A stretch of DNA of 63,673 nucleotides, filler included, from Octopus bimaculoides (lineage: Eukaryota): assembly GCF_001194135.2 (NCBI RefSeq). It is 7 parts of 6 records of this genome, joined end to end, with 100 filler letters (N's around TTAATTAATTAA, not from the genome) between each part and the next. Parts side by side here need not be neighbours in the genome. Positions count along the whole stretch, not along the records: positions 1 to 31,157 come from NC_069000.1; 6 more parts are not named here. One strand, 5' to 3'. This document shows, in pieces, positions 13,970-27,490 of this stretch (the stretch's first letter is position 1; every line of letters starts with the position of its first letter). A program made the position numbers and the translations under genes. The notes under the pieces were generated by a model. That model saw only the letters and a list, made by a program, of their open reading frames with translations, searched no databases and was not told the DNA's origin.

Positions 13970-14593
13970 GCACAATGTATGTGTGTGCGCGCGTGCACAT
14001 AATACGAAAGAGGAACGACAGATTAACAGACATTGTATACATGAATGCTTAGTACTTTAGTGTCACTAAGCAGAGGCCGCCCTTCACTGCTTTCATTCAG
14101 CTTGTGACCACCCAGTTTGCCGCATCTTCAAGGAGGTCTGTATCCACATCTGGCTAAACAGTGTGGTGCCTTTAGTAGATGTAATCTGACCACTACCACA
14201 GCACGATTGTCAAAATAGCCAAAATTTCGGGCGGTTTTGCTGACGTCAACGTTACTACTCTTATATGGGGGCCGAATATTATGGATGTAAACACAGATGG
14301 AGTGAAATGTGTTGGCTGCTTATCAATATGGAAATAGCTGTGCTTCTGAAATATAACACTGAGAATATTGTGCGGGCGGAAATAGGCTTTAAATATCGCG
14401 TCAGTTGTTCCATTGAGATTCGTAATTCCACGTAAATGCGAGGTGGTTGCCGTCGACAGAAAAACACAGACGCACACTTATATATGCAGACACCCATCCA
14501 TAGATACACACATAAATACAGTTGTGTGTGTGTGTGTGTAATATGTGTGGTGTGTGTGTAATGTGCGTAGTGTGTGTGTGTGTAATGGGTGTG

Positions 14594-14699
<106 letters not shown>

Positions 14700-14848
14700 T
14701 GCTCATACACTCAAACAGACGAGCATACAGAATGTCTCTTAAGAGAGGAGGAATAGCATGCTGCGAACGCACAAACAGGAACACTCCAACATTTTGTATA
14801 TAACTAGATGAAGACGTACATACATACATAAACACAGACACACACATA

Positions 14849-14907
<59 letters not shown>

Positions 14908-15214
14908 GAGGCCTGAAAAGTATAAATAACAGGAAGACGAGATATAAAAAAAATGGGGGGGATGTATTAAGTTTAGGCACAGGAATTACAAGAAATTAAG
15001 AGGAAATGGCTTTTACGCTTCGAGCATACACGATCGACTTCTGAAAGAATAGAGAATGAAAGAAGAACACACGTATGTCTATCGAACAGTCGATAGACAT
15101 ACGTGTGCACGCGCGTTTGGCTATGGACTGCTCACATGCATATATAATATAGATTCTTAAATAGTGCTCGCTGGTAAGAGTGCCGACAGGTAACCAGACG
15201 ATATATTATTTCAT

Positions 15215-15430
15215 TCTTTTCTGTTACTTGTTTCAGTCATTTGATTTCGGCCATGCTGGAGCACCGCCTTTATAGTCGAGCAAATGGACGCCAGAGCTTA
15301 TTCTTTATAAGCCTAGTGCTTATTCTATGCGTTTCTTTCGCCGAACTGCTAAGTTACTTGGACGCAAACACACCAGCATCGGTTGTCAAGCGATGCTGGG
15401 GTGGGGGGATAAACAAACACACAAACATAT

Positions 15431-15505
<75 letters not shown>

Positions 15506-15668
15506 ACGGGCTTCTTCCAGTTCCCGTCTACCAAATCCACTCACAAGGCTTTGGTCGGCCCGAGGCTATAGTAGAAGACACTTGCCCAGAGTGCCACGCA
15601 GTGGGACAGAACCCGGAACCATGTGGTTGGGTAGCACAATCACAATCACTACACAGTCATTCCTCCTC
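15215..15668 (-). mobile_element. SINE family A, full length
   Basis: Tail TTACTTGTTTCAGTCATTTGA..GGCCATGCTGGAGCACCGCC; internal (TA)n; head GAACCCGGAACCATGTGGTTGG. Confidence 0.9.
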
Positions 15669-17283
15669 CTATTACCACACAGTCACTCCTACCCTATATA
15701 TTTAACATCTCATTATAACATTTAAAGCATTTCCTTAATATTCGACGGTTATTGTTTAATCCCAGCTGGAACGGATAATTGACAGTGTCGTTAGAGCTTT
15801 GGACAAAAATCATTGCGGTAATCGTTCCAACTTCTTCCACTCTGAGTTCGAAACTCACCGAGGCATATTTTGCCTGTCATCCTTTCGTGGTGGATAAAAT
15901 GTGATCAAATCTAGTGCGGTGGAATGGCGAAACTCAAAGAAAGTAGGAACAGATGCCTCGTGGTAATTGTTCTGTTTCTTTGAATTTTTAATTCAAATCT
16001 CGACATGGCCTACTCAAGCGACAGACACAAATTGTGCCTCCGATTAACACCTCTACTTGAAAGCCTGTTCGCCTTTCGTAGAGATCCACTCAATTGTAAT
16101 CATTCGTGCTACTTCTCCAGTATCAAGATATCTTACTCTTTCTCCCATAAAATTCAGGAGACCTCTGACGGGCCATGGACACCACCAAATCTATGAAGAA
16201 AGTTATTCTAGTCATGTCGCAATTTTGTACAGGATCTTAGCAATACATTACGTAATGTTTACTTCTTTATATATTCGACGGTAGATTAAATATGCGACTC
16301 CGACGTCATTTTGTATCTAACATTTTCAATGTTTATATCTGATGAATCAAGGTTTTGTGAAAAACTAATTTAAGTCTCGTACATTTTTGCAATAAATATT
16401 AGATGTTGTTGTGTCTAGGGTGAGTCATTATATCAATATAATTAAAACACACACTGGTTCAATTCCACTCCTTTTCTTTATTATTAGTCAATTGGTTAAA
16501 TATCTAACTAATTTATTTTGTTTTCGCTTCTCAAAGCTCTTTGACAAACAACGTTTACTAGTTGCAACCTTTTCAATGACTATTGACTCAGTCCGATATG
16601 GATGGTTACATTTGTCAGTTTGAAATTTGTTGCGTTCATGCAACAAAGTTTCCGAAGCGAAATTTTAAACCATACTACCGTACTTTTGAAAAATCAAATA
16701 GCGTCGAAACTTTCAAACAACCATCAGGTATTGTATTTGTGCAAATGTTATTTACTCTTCCTTGTATGGAAATCTTTATTTTTTCGTCCTCGTCTTCTCG
16801 AATATAATCCGTGTACTACTCATCACACACACAAACAAACAAACATCGAACAAACGAACAAACGCATGTAACTTATCAAGATCTGTGCTACTGTGGCGAA
16901 GAACAGAAGTATGTGCATGTTTGTGTATGTGATTTGTGCATAATCTAAACTGCGATGTACTTGCGAGAAGCTTATGCTACAATTTAACGTGTAATTTCTA
17001 GGTGACATTTAATTCTGCCATTCTTTAATTCTGTTATTCTTGTAATTCTAATATCCTCCTAGTGAAACGGATAAATTATCCTTGCCAACGTGTTTCTATG
17101 ACAACCAATAGCCCTAACGGCCATTATTAGTATGCAATGCTGTCAGCTTGTTTATATAACACCAGTAATCACTTTGCAGTGATCTTTTGTAAGGGTAATT
17201 TTATAACATCAACAACGACAGCCATGTGAGAATGCATGCATGTATGTATTTATGTGTGTATTGTGTGTATTTGTGTGTGTGTA

Positions 17284-17322
<39 letters not shown>

Positions 17323-18054
17323 GAGAGAGAGAGTGAGAGAGAGAGAAAGAGTGAGAGAGANNNNNNNNNNNNNNNNNNNNNNNNNNNNNNNNNNNNNNNN
17401 NNNNNNNNNNNNNNNNNNNNNNNNNNNNNNNNNNNNNNNNNGGGTGAGAGAGAGAGAGAGAGAGAGTGAGGGAGAGAGAGAGAGTGAGAGAGAGAGTGAG
17501 AGAGAGAGAGTGAGAGAGAGAGAAAGAGTGAGAGAGAGAGAGAGTGAGAGAGTGAGAGAGAGAGAGTGATCTGGTGGCCGCTTATAGCGTGTTTCTTATT
17601 CACGCCATCTTTTTATCTGCGTTCCATTTTGCAATTATGGTAGAATAACCAGTATCGAAAGCATCAACAACAATGACGACAACGAGAACAACATTTCTTA
17701 TATGTATGACAGCAACAACAATAACAACAACAACAATAGCAACGCCTCAGAGGACCGAAAGAAAAGTAATACAGGAAAATGTCACATCTTCACTTGTACT
17801 TGGTATTATTTTGATAGCGAATTATTCTAGATATTAAAACGTCCACTATTACACGAAGTTGACATCAGTAACAACAACAACAACAACAACAATTACGGCA
17901 ACAACGACAACAACAGCAGCAATATCATCATCATAATCAACATCATCATCGTCGTCTTTGTCCTCATCAGCGACATCAACAATGTAACCAATGATTATGT
18001 GAGCATATATAACGAGGGATCTTTTACGTATGCCATAGATCTACTTATTAAAAA

Positions 18055-18540
<486 letters not shown>

Positions 18541-19059
18541 ACAGGTAAAGGATTAAAGATATATTTGCTGTGTCAGGGCAGCTAATTGGAACAGCTGTTA
18601 AAGGATCGAGTACATTGCTTCAGGTTATTTATCCTGACTCTCTGCGGACTTAAGTTCAAATCGCGCCCAGATCAATTTTTCTCTTCGTCCTTTCGGGTTC
18701 GACAAGAAAAATATCCATCTAGATCGGTGAACTGAGAGAACAGCGAAGACATTGCGATATTCTGTCTGGATCTGTATGTTAAGAAAGTAAAATGTCATAA
18801 GCACTGCCTAACACCACGTGACAAAATGATTAAGAAAATAATATCACTGTTCTATATTCAAAGAGAAGTAAACACAGATTGGTTAATCAATGCCTCTGCA
18901 ACTCTCCAAGACAAAAATTAGGATACTTATGGGTAGAATTTTTACTACGGTCATTGTTTCTTGCAATACATACCAATACATACATGCAAAGCAATTTTTA
19001 TTTCAGAGGCGTTTAAAATATTTTTGTGGATCCCCAATTTACTATTGTTAAATGGACCC

Positions 19060-19097
19060 ACCCAAAATCTTATATGGACCCCGGTTAAGAACCACAG
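19060..19097. mobile_element. possible hAT/Charlie-type terminal inverted repeat remnant
   Basis: Reverse complement CTGTGGTTCTTAACCGGGGTCC resembles CAGTGGTTCTYAAC hAT termini (from memory). The partner end was not found. Confidence 0.3.
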
Positions 19098-20404
19098 CTT
19101 AAAAGATCGGATAGTTACGGCTAGAATGCCTATGGTCGTAGTCTGTTCGATCTTGGGCCTGTGAGTATAGATAAATAACAACAACAACATTGACAGAAAC
19201 AACAGCTACTCTCTCGCTTATACATCTATCAAAAGCGTCAATAACAACTACGGTAATATCTATACCCAGCATCACTAACCTCGCCACCATCAAGACCGAG
19301 TTTATATGAGAAGCTTTGTATGTGGCCACTTGACTTGCTAGTCGCGGTGTTAATACGAAGTTAGGAACGGTATTGTGAAGATACGAGCATTTAGAGAAAG
19401 ATGATGATGAGATTCTGCTGTTTTTAATGTGGTGGTGGTGGTGGTGGTGGTGGTGGTGATGGTGCTAGTGCTTTCTGTATTTATTCCAACGGTTAAATCG
19501 TATTTCTGTTGTTGGAGACTGATCTGGTATCGGTTTCTCCAATCCCTTTTGTTCCTTTTTCTTTCTATTTTTCTCGTCATGTTTGATGGTATCAATACTA
19601 ATGTTAAAGCGATGACTTTAAGGACGCATTTGTTGTGTTAGAATTCAGACTATCAACAATGGCGGCGAAAGCGGCAACAGTAAACAGCGATGGCCGCGGC
19701 AGTGGTAGCAGCGATGGCGGCGGTGGTAGTGGTAGTGGTGATGGTGGTGGTAGCAATAGTGTGTGTTTATGATAATAACGATAGTGTTCATGTTCCCGGT
19801 CGTAGAGCGTTGGGGGGGGTGATGGGGCGTGGAGATGGTTGTGTTGTTCGGTGTGTAGTCAGCCTTTTATAGCTGGTGTTGAAGAGTTGTGACGGTAGTG
19901 GGGAGGCGGATAGGGAGGGTTATTGCGTATATTAGTACTCTTTGTTGTTGACGGTGATGTTGTTGTTGCTGTTCTTGTTCTTTCTGACGTTCTTGTTATT
20001 GTTGCTGTATTTGCTGCTGCTGGTGGTGGTGGTGATTGTTGATAATGGTGATGCTGTTTGAGCCTGTCTAATTCGGAGCCTTTTAGTCACTCCATCTTGG
20101 CAGCTGACTGTCAGCAGCTTCATTAAGAAAGCCCCGACATCAAACAACAGCCTTCATTAAGATAGCTTCTAGGGTATTACTTTCATGTAATGCTTACTCG
20201 CTAATGGCTTGATCTCTGATTTTGCCAACATTATAGATTCTTTTTGCTCTCACTTACCCCCAGAACGGGGCGGCTAATCAGATATTTAAATAGACACAAA
20301 TCATATTATAATACACAAGTCTTATTAGCTCCACATTCTTCAAACTTTGGAGTCTTCAGTTGTTTGTGCTTTACCAGGATTTTGATATGTTAGTCGGTAT
20401 CTGT

Positions 20405-20815
20405 TCACTTTCATCTATTGCTTGCTTCAGGCAATGGACAGCGGCCACGCTGGGGCATTGCTTTGAATAGTTTAGCCGAGCGTATCGATTCCAGTACTTA
20501 TTTTTTAAGTGTACTTATTCTTTAGCCGAACTGTTAGATTTCTTGGAAAAAAAGCAGCGAATGTATACAAAAACAAAGACGGAAAAAAAGGAACAATGTT
20601 ACACAAATACAATAAAAATAACAAGACATAACAACAGATGTCTTTCGACTAAGGACGAATTAAATTAAATTAAGCTGATATATGACGATCCTCTACCAGG
20701 CTCTGGTCGGCCGGAGCTAAAGTAGAAGACACATACCCAAGGTAGCACCCAGTGGGACTAAAACCGTAGACCACAGTAGGGAGACAAGCTTCTGAACCAA
20801 ACAGCCACACCTGCT
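20405..20815 (-). mobile_element. SINE family A, old, two halves
   Basis: 3' part at about 20405-20540; 5' part at about 20680-20815 (GTAGAAGACAC..CCCAAGGT..CAGTGGGACTAAA..AAGCTTCTGAACCAAACAGCCAC). Confidence 0.7.
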
Positions 20816-21422
20816 GAAATTTCATATCTCTCGTTATAATTCTGGATAGGTCTACCCAAGTCCCATATGACAAGAACACACCCATAGTTTTTGTTTTGTC
20901 AGCTCAGAAGGGAGCGTTGTCTAACAAGCTGTTACTTCTAAGGTTATTAAAGTGTCAAACTGAAAATCCTCATTAAGGCAATAACGTATGATTAAACCGG
21001 TGGTTTTATTGACGGAAGATCTTATTAAAGTCATTTGTTTAGTTAGCACCAGGAAATCATGGGATACCTATGGCATATCTCACACTGTAAAACAACTTAC
21101 CAGCACCCACACGCGCGCGGAGATAATGTATTAACGAGAAATCTGCGGTGAAACATAAGATTCCCAAGAGTATATAAGCAATCTTCTTTCCTCTAATCAA
21201 TTCCAGATTCACTGCTGAGCCTTAATTATGAGTTGATTATTTAACAAGCAGTAAATTAATCACTTTTTTTTTTCTCACCAATAGAGCACAGCGAAGGTAT
21301 TTTCCGCAACCTTTTCCAGACAGTTATAATTTCTCGATGATACATACATACATACATACACTCACACATACGCACACTCGCACATACGCACTCACATACA
21401 CACACAAACAGATACACACACA

Positions 21423-21462
<40 letters not shown>

Positions 21463-21526
21463 CACACACAGAGCGAGTGAGAGAGAAATATATATNNNNN
21501 NNNNNGAGAGAGAGAGAGAGAGAGAA

Positions 21527-21585
<59 letters not shown>

Positions 21586-21949
21586 TATTCATGATCAGAG
21601 TTATTCGGAAACCGAGGTACACACACACTCACACATACACAGAGTCACACACACACACACGACATATGTATGCAAAGTAAGAAAGATTATCAAACATGAG
21701 ACATTATCGAACCATTTACAAAACAGGAACTTATTAGCAAAATAATAAATATTCATTCATTTCCTCATTCAATCCTTCCTCTGTTACCATCCAACCGAAA
21801 CCGTCTTTGCCACATGAATGGTAGTTAATTAGGTTAAGAGATGTTATACACAATGCTGTACCCCACAAAATATTCTCGTTTAACGGAAATGTTTTTCTCT
21901 TAGCTAGAAATTGAATAAATAAATGAATGAATAAATAAAAGAAAATACT

Positions 21950-22102
21950 AGTTGTGTGACTAAGAAGCTTGCTCGTCAACCATGTGGTCTTGAGTTCAGT
22001 CCCAACTCCGCACTTATCTTCGACGATAGCCAGGAGCCGACAAAAACTTTACGAATGGGTTTGGTAAAGAGAAACTGAAAGATACCCATCGTATATATAC
22101 TG

Positions 22103-22146
<44 letters not shown>

Positions 22147-22315
22147 ACCCCACAGCTGCTAGCCAATCGGTGTTGGCGTGTTTATATCCTCGTAACTTTG
22201 CGGTTTGGCAAACTGGTCGATAAATTAATACCACACCTTAAAAAATACTAGAAGAAGCCATCGAACTGCTGCCCTAACATAACCGCAGTCCACTAACTGA
22301 AACAAGCATAAGATA
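21950..22315 (+). mobile_element. SINE family A, diverged with internal deletion
   Basis: AAGCTTGCT..AACCATGTGGTCTTGAGTTCAGTCCC; GAAACTGAAAGA; (TG)n; tail CCGCAGTCCACTAACTGAAACAAG. Confidence 0.8.
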
Positions 22316-22330
22316 AATGATTAAGATTAG

Positions 22331-22653
22331 GAGAACTCCGTCGGTTACGACGACGGGGGTCCCAGCTGATACGATCAACAGAACAGCTTGCTCGTGAAAT
22401 TAACGTGCAAGTGGCTGAGCACTCCACAGACACGTGTACCCTTCTCGTAGCTTTCAGAGAGATTCAGCGTGACACAGAGAGACAAGGCTGGCCCTTTGAA
22501 ATACAGGTACTACTCATTTTTGCCAGCTGAGTGAACTGAAGCAACGTGAAATAAAGTGTCTTGCTCAAGGACACAACGCGTCGCTGGGAGTTGAACTCAC
22601 AACTTTACGATCGTGAGCCGAATGCCCTAACCACTAAGCCACACACCTTCACC
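22331..22653 (-). mobile_element. SINE family C, full length, 12-bp TSD
   Basis: Minus strand: A box TGGCTTAGTGG, B box GAGTTCAACTCC, CORE-like TGTGTCCTTGAGCAAGACACTT, 3' hairpin CCGTCG-N7-CGACGG. GATTAAGATTAG is repeated at 22319-22330 and 22654-22665. Confidence 0.9.
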
Positions 22654-23460
22654 GATTAAGATTAGTGTCAGCTGTTTCTGACTCTTAATGAAAAGGGGAG
22701 ATAATTTCAACCAATTAAGAGTTAATTTCACAGAATTAGTTAATACGCCTAAGAGAAAATATGATTATTGTTTACAAGCAAGAGACATCCATAGGCTTGT
22801 CTTGAGCTTATTGCCGATACGTTTCTGATTCCTTTCTCCGACAAAAGAGAAAATGCTAATTAATGTATTAAATATTTGCTGAAGTTAATAGGGTGTATCA
22901 GCCCCTAATTATTTATCAAAATTCATGCTATTGGCCAACTTGTGTTATTTCCTTGAGCATATTTTCATTTTTTAATTAAAGCTGTTAATTCTCAAACTTT
23001 CTCATCCCACCCTTTCAAACACGCTCGCGCGCACCTTTTCTGTATCTTTCCTTCCTTCTCTGTCACATATGTACCCCACATTTTTATCTCTTTTCTTCCG
23101 CATCTCCTGTCAACGTAGTTTCTCTCATGTGTCAAACAGCTTGTTATTTTTACGTTTAATCGCCCACATCCGTTTCACGTAATTTTGCAAATATCCTTTT
23201 TCCTGAACATCTTATGAACCCTATCCATCCGCCCCTGCTTCCATCCATCCATCCATCCATCCATCTATCTACCGATCTGTGTATATTTTTTTCTTTAATA
23301 TTACATCGATATTCATAATCTTTCTTTCAAAAGAAAACAAAAAATAAACACAATGTAAAGAATATTCACCAGCGTTTTTGTTCAATGAGCCAAAGCGATA
23401 ACATCTTAGAGGTCGCTGGATCTACAAGAAATAGCAACCAAATCTTTTGCATCGAACATT

Positions 23461-23525
23461 CACGTATTAAAAACACATTAAACATATTAAAAACACATTA
23501 AACGTATTAAAAACACATTAAAAGC
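23461..23525. repeat. 20-bp minisatellite x3 (AAAACACATTAAACRTATTA)
   Basis: Direct. Confidence 0.85.
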
Positions 23526-23559
23526 ATTGTAGTCCAAACAACACTGAGGTCAATGCTGC

Positions 23560-23750
23560 ATTTAATTCTTTTAGGATCGATAAACTAAAGTTTTTAGTCA
23601 AGTACTGGGGTGGATGTAATCGGTTATCCCCCCCCCCGTAAAATTGCAGGCTTTGTGCCAGATCTAAAAACATAGAGGCATTGGTTCTGTCTTAACGCTC
23701 TAAGAACAAATTCCACCGTGATTGACTTTGCCTTTCGTCCTGACGGGAAT
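23560..23750 (+). mobile_element. two SINE family B fragments
   Basis: GTACTGGGGTGGATGTAATCG..GGCTTTGTGCC, then AAATTCCACCGTGATTGACTTTGCCTTTCGTCC. Confidence 0.6.
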
Positions 23751-23812
23751 TGTCTATATCTTGGCTTTCCGCTCAAAACGCACCAATTATAATTATTATT
23801 ATTATTATTATT

Positions 23813-23848
<36 letters not shown>

Positions 23849-23913
23849 ATTGTTATTGTTGTTGCTGTTGTTGTTGTTGTTGTTGTTGTTGTAGCCCCGG
23901 TGACAAATAAAAG

Positions 23914-23957
<44 letters not shown>

Positions 23958-24814
23958 TTCATCAACATCATCGTTTTCTTGTTGTTGTTGTTGTTGCTGT
24001 TATTGTTATGATTGGTAATAGTTATCGGTTCATTCAACCTTGTTTTCTGCTTTCAAATTTGTAGCATTGTGGCGAAATATTTCCTTGTCCTCGTCGCAGT
24101 CGTTGTTGCTGTTGCTACTGCTGTTGCTACTGCTGCTGCTGTTGTTGTTGTTGTTGCTGTTGCTAGCCTTATAATCAATCTTACAATACATTCTATATTT
24201 AGATGAGAATTCACTGAGTATGACTTAAAGTCCCTTCCAGATGTTCATGATTCCAGTTAATGGAAAATCACTGGCAACAATGGTTTATTTAGTTGAAAAC
24301 AATATTTACTTCAGCCGTTGTTGATATCTGTATCAATTTCACAGCCTCTTTCCTCTGAAAATAGCAACTGTTCCTTCTTTTTCTCTTTATGGCCTTTAAA
24401 GCTAAGAATGGTTTTCTTCAGTCTCTGTTGATTTTTGCCGTTATCTAACATCTGTTAGCTTAGCTCCACTATTTTTAAAGCGCAAAGATGGCCAAAAGAA
24501 CTGCGATTCTTCACGTCTTTCACGATCATAACTCTAAACACATTTACTCACTTCGACAAGTCAATAACAAGCTTTTTGCACTTCAAACATATTGAAATTA
24601 AGAGGAATCCCTTACAATTAATAAAAGGCAACTGTTAGCTTTCTCTTGTCTTCAGAGTAGTTATATAGTCGCTTGCTCTATAAACAGAACAAAGCAAAGC
24701 TTTCAGCAAATGGAAAAGAAAACTCTATTCCAAACTAACTTATCTGTTCCTCAGAGTGTGTGTGTGTGCGTAAAAGTATATGCATGTATATATGTGTATA
24801 TATTTATTCGTACA

Positions 24815-24985
24815 TATAGAGGCGTGGATGTATGGTAAAAAGCTTGCTTCTCAGCAACATAGTTTTGGGTTCCGTCTCACAGCACGGCAATTTGGGAAAG
24901 CGTCTTCTACTATAGGCCTCGGTCCGACCAATGCCTTGTAGTGGATTTGGTGAACGGAAACTGAAAGAAGACCGTCGTATATGTA
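24815..24985 (+). mobile_element. SINE family A, 5' half
   Basis: TGGTAAAAAGCTTGCTT..CTTCTACTATAGGCCTCGGTCCGACCAA..GGAAACTGAAAGAAGACCGTCG. Confidence 0.8.
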
Positions 24986-27039
24986 TATATTGGTATGATA
25001 TTAAACTACAATTCGTTGGTGAGGGCCCAGTTCGGATGTTCTGGTGTTGGGGTGGGGGTGGGGGGCTTGAAGTCACCCTGTAATTAAGGTCCCGTCTATG
25101 AGTGAAATAGAACCTAACACGGGTGGATTTAGGTCTTTAGTTGCAGTGAAAGCAAACTTATCGTAAAAACAAAACAAAAGACTTACAGACAGCGCCACTC
25201 CTATATATATATATAATATTATTTAATAGACACAATACACGTCTAAGTGCTACTAAGCTACTATTAGTTTCTTGTGCTGAGAACATGCCAAATAATGAAT
25301 TACAACGTGTGTAGCATCTCCGTACAGTCATCAGGCACAAATCACGTAGCATAACGATCTAAAAATTGAATGGGAGAAGAAACGCGAAAAGTCGAGAAGT
25401 AAGCATATAGAAAACAGAATCCCTGAACCGTCGAGAGTTTCGTGCAGTGGCTCTTGTCAAACTGTTTTTTTTTATTATTATTATTGGCATTACCTTTATA
25501 TAGATTGGCTAAAATGAGAGATATAGTTTTCTGGATTGTTCTAGAATAAATTATAAAATCAACTACAAAGTCGCGTGAATAAGGCAGAAAATAATCTATA
25601 CGCACACATATTATGCGTATTATGTGTAAGTGTGATGAAGGCTGTTAATAATTATATAATTAATCTAAATTATATACTTTATAATTCCAACAATAATTAA
25701 GAACCATTCTACTGAAAGGGCATCAACCTCATTAACATCAATTCACCGTTTTTTTTTATAACCTAACGTATATGCACATACACATTTAGACATATATGCA
25801 TATATGCGTACATACACTTGCAGATGTAACCTTGAGGATTTTCGAGCAGACAAGAGAAATGTCGTTAGCAAAATCTGAAATGCAGTTAAAATTTTCGAAG
25901 AAGCGGTAAAACTGTAACACTAATGGTGACATTGAAAATACATTTATACACTATCAGTTCAAACAGAATGGAAATTAAAAGGAGAAGAAAGTTTTAAAAC
26001 ACATTCAGAATTAGAATTATCCGATTCCTAGAAAATATTGAGATTTCAATCATGTTATCTGATATTATTAACCTTACAGCAATCAATGTTCAGCGATTTA
26101 TATTCAATCCTATAAATCTTATAATCGATTCTTTAAATCTTACAATCAAATCTTAATCATTTGTGCTAATCAATTATCAAATCTTATGGTTACATTTTCA
26201 TTATCCATTAATTTATCTGTCTAATCTACTTTTTATTTTTCATAAGGTTAACTTGATTTCTCTGTAATATGCTGCAAGGTAAACCGACACCGTCTTCTGA
26301 AAAATTACATTTAAATATTCTTGTTCTTCCTTTCCGTGGACAGAAAAATGGATTTGCGCGAGCGGTTTCGAGTCTCATTAGATTCTCTTCATAGAATATC
26401 GTTTGATCGTTTTACCAACGAAAAGAAATAAAGCTAAAATCTATAGAAAGTGATTACGTGTAATAATATTGTTCAAACGATTTGTATGATTTGCTTAAAT
26501 AATGTTTTCTTGGTACAATGCAGTGAATATTCCGATGTGTGCCAAAAACAGAAGTCCACTTCTGAGATAATAAGAAATAAACGATGTTTAGTGCATAATA
26601 AACTATCTGTACCAAGAATACACGCACACACGCGCACACGCCCACACCCACACCCACACACATACATACATACATACATACAGTACCCAAGATACACTCT
26701 CAGATTCATACATACTGTTGCTGGAGCAACATGATACATACCAACCCGTCTGGATGGAGCAAAGTATGGCTGAGCTTGGGATCTTGGAGAGTGAATGCAA
26801 ATCCTTAATTCATACACTATAAATGATCACGATATCTTGGACTATAAAAATCTTCAAGGCCTTAAGATTTAAAGGATGATGATTAAAACGAGATGCCTTC
26901 TTTCTCAACCTTGCGACCAAGTATGTGGTCAGTCAAAATTTATTCTAAATTCAAAACAGAATGAGAACATCCAAGCAATATTACCACTGAACGGTACGAG
27001 GGACCGTCGACAGGCTCAAGGCTTGCAGTTCTGATACGG

Positions 27040-27490
27040 AGAAAGCGCAAGTCGATTACATCTCCCTCAAGGATTGAACTCCAAAGGGATGAAAGACAAA
27101 GTTGATCTCAGTGAGATTTGAACTCGGAAGATAAAATGCCGGAAAAAATGCTGCTGTGCATTTTGTCCGAGGTGCTGAACTGCCTGTTACCTTGTCGCCA
27201 AGTAATGACTACAATTCATTTATTTCACCGCTATACCGATCCTAACATCTGTCGTTGAGAAGGGTACAGACTTAACGGTTTGTAGCATAGATACAAGACT
27301 AAAAATTTGGGATGAAGGGTTAGACGATTAAATATACTCCAGTATTTAACTGGTACTATATTTATCAACATCCACAAAAAAAACGAAAATTAATAATGGA
27401 AATTGGTCTATTCAAATTTGAACTCAGAATGTAAAGATTCGGTACAAACACTGCGAAGTGTTTCCTCAGACACTCTAATGATTCTACCAA
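27040..27490 (-). mobile_element. two decayed SINE family B copies in tandem
   Basis: AAAGGGATGAAAGACAAAGTTGA..GATTTGAACTC (27040-27190) and ACTGGTACT..AATTTGAACTCAGAATGTAAAG..TAATGATTCTACCA (27295-27490). Confidence 0.65.

Noticed and set aside
15990-16200. Possible Tc1-like N-terminal remnant on the minus strand (DTGEVARMIT)
   Set aside because: Similarity too weak to support by eye.
20258-24615. Minus-strand donor motifs at 20258 (GGG/GTAAGT) and 24552 (GAA/GTGAGT)
   Set aside because: No convincing acceptor or frame-consistent, recognisable peptide.
26247-26278. 32-nt AG/GT-bounded candidate exon
   Set aside because: Stop codons in all three frames.
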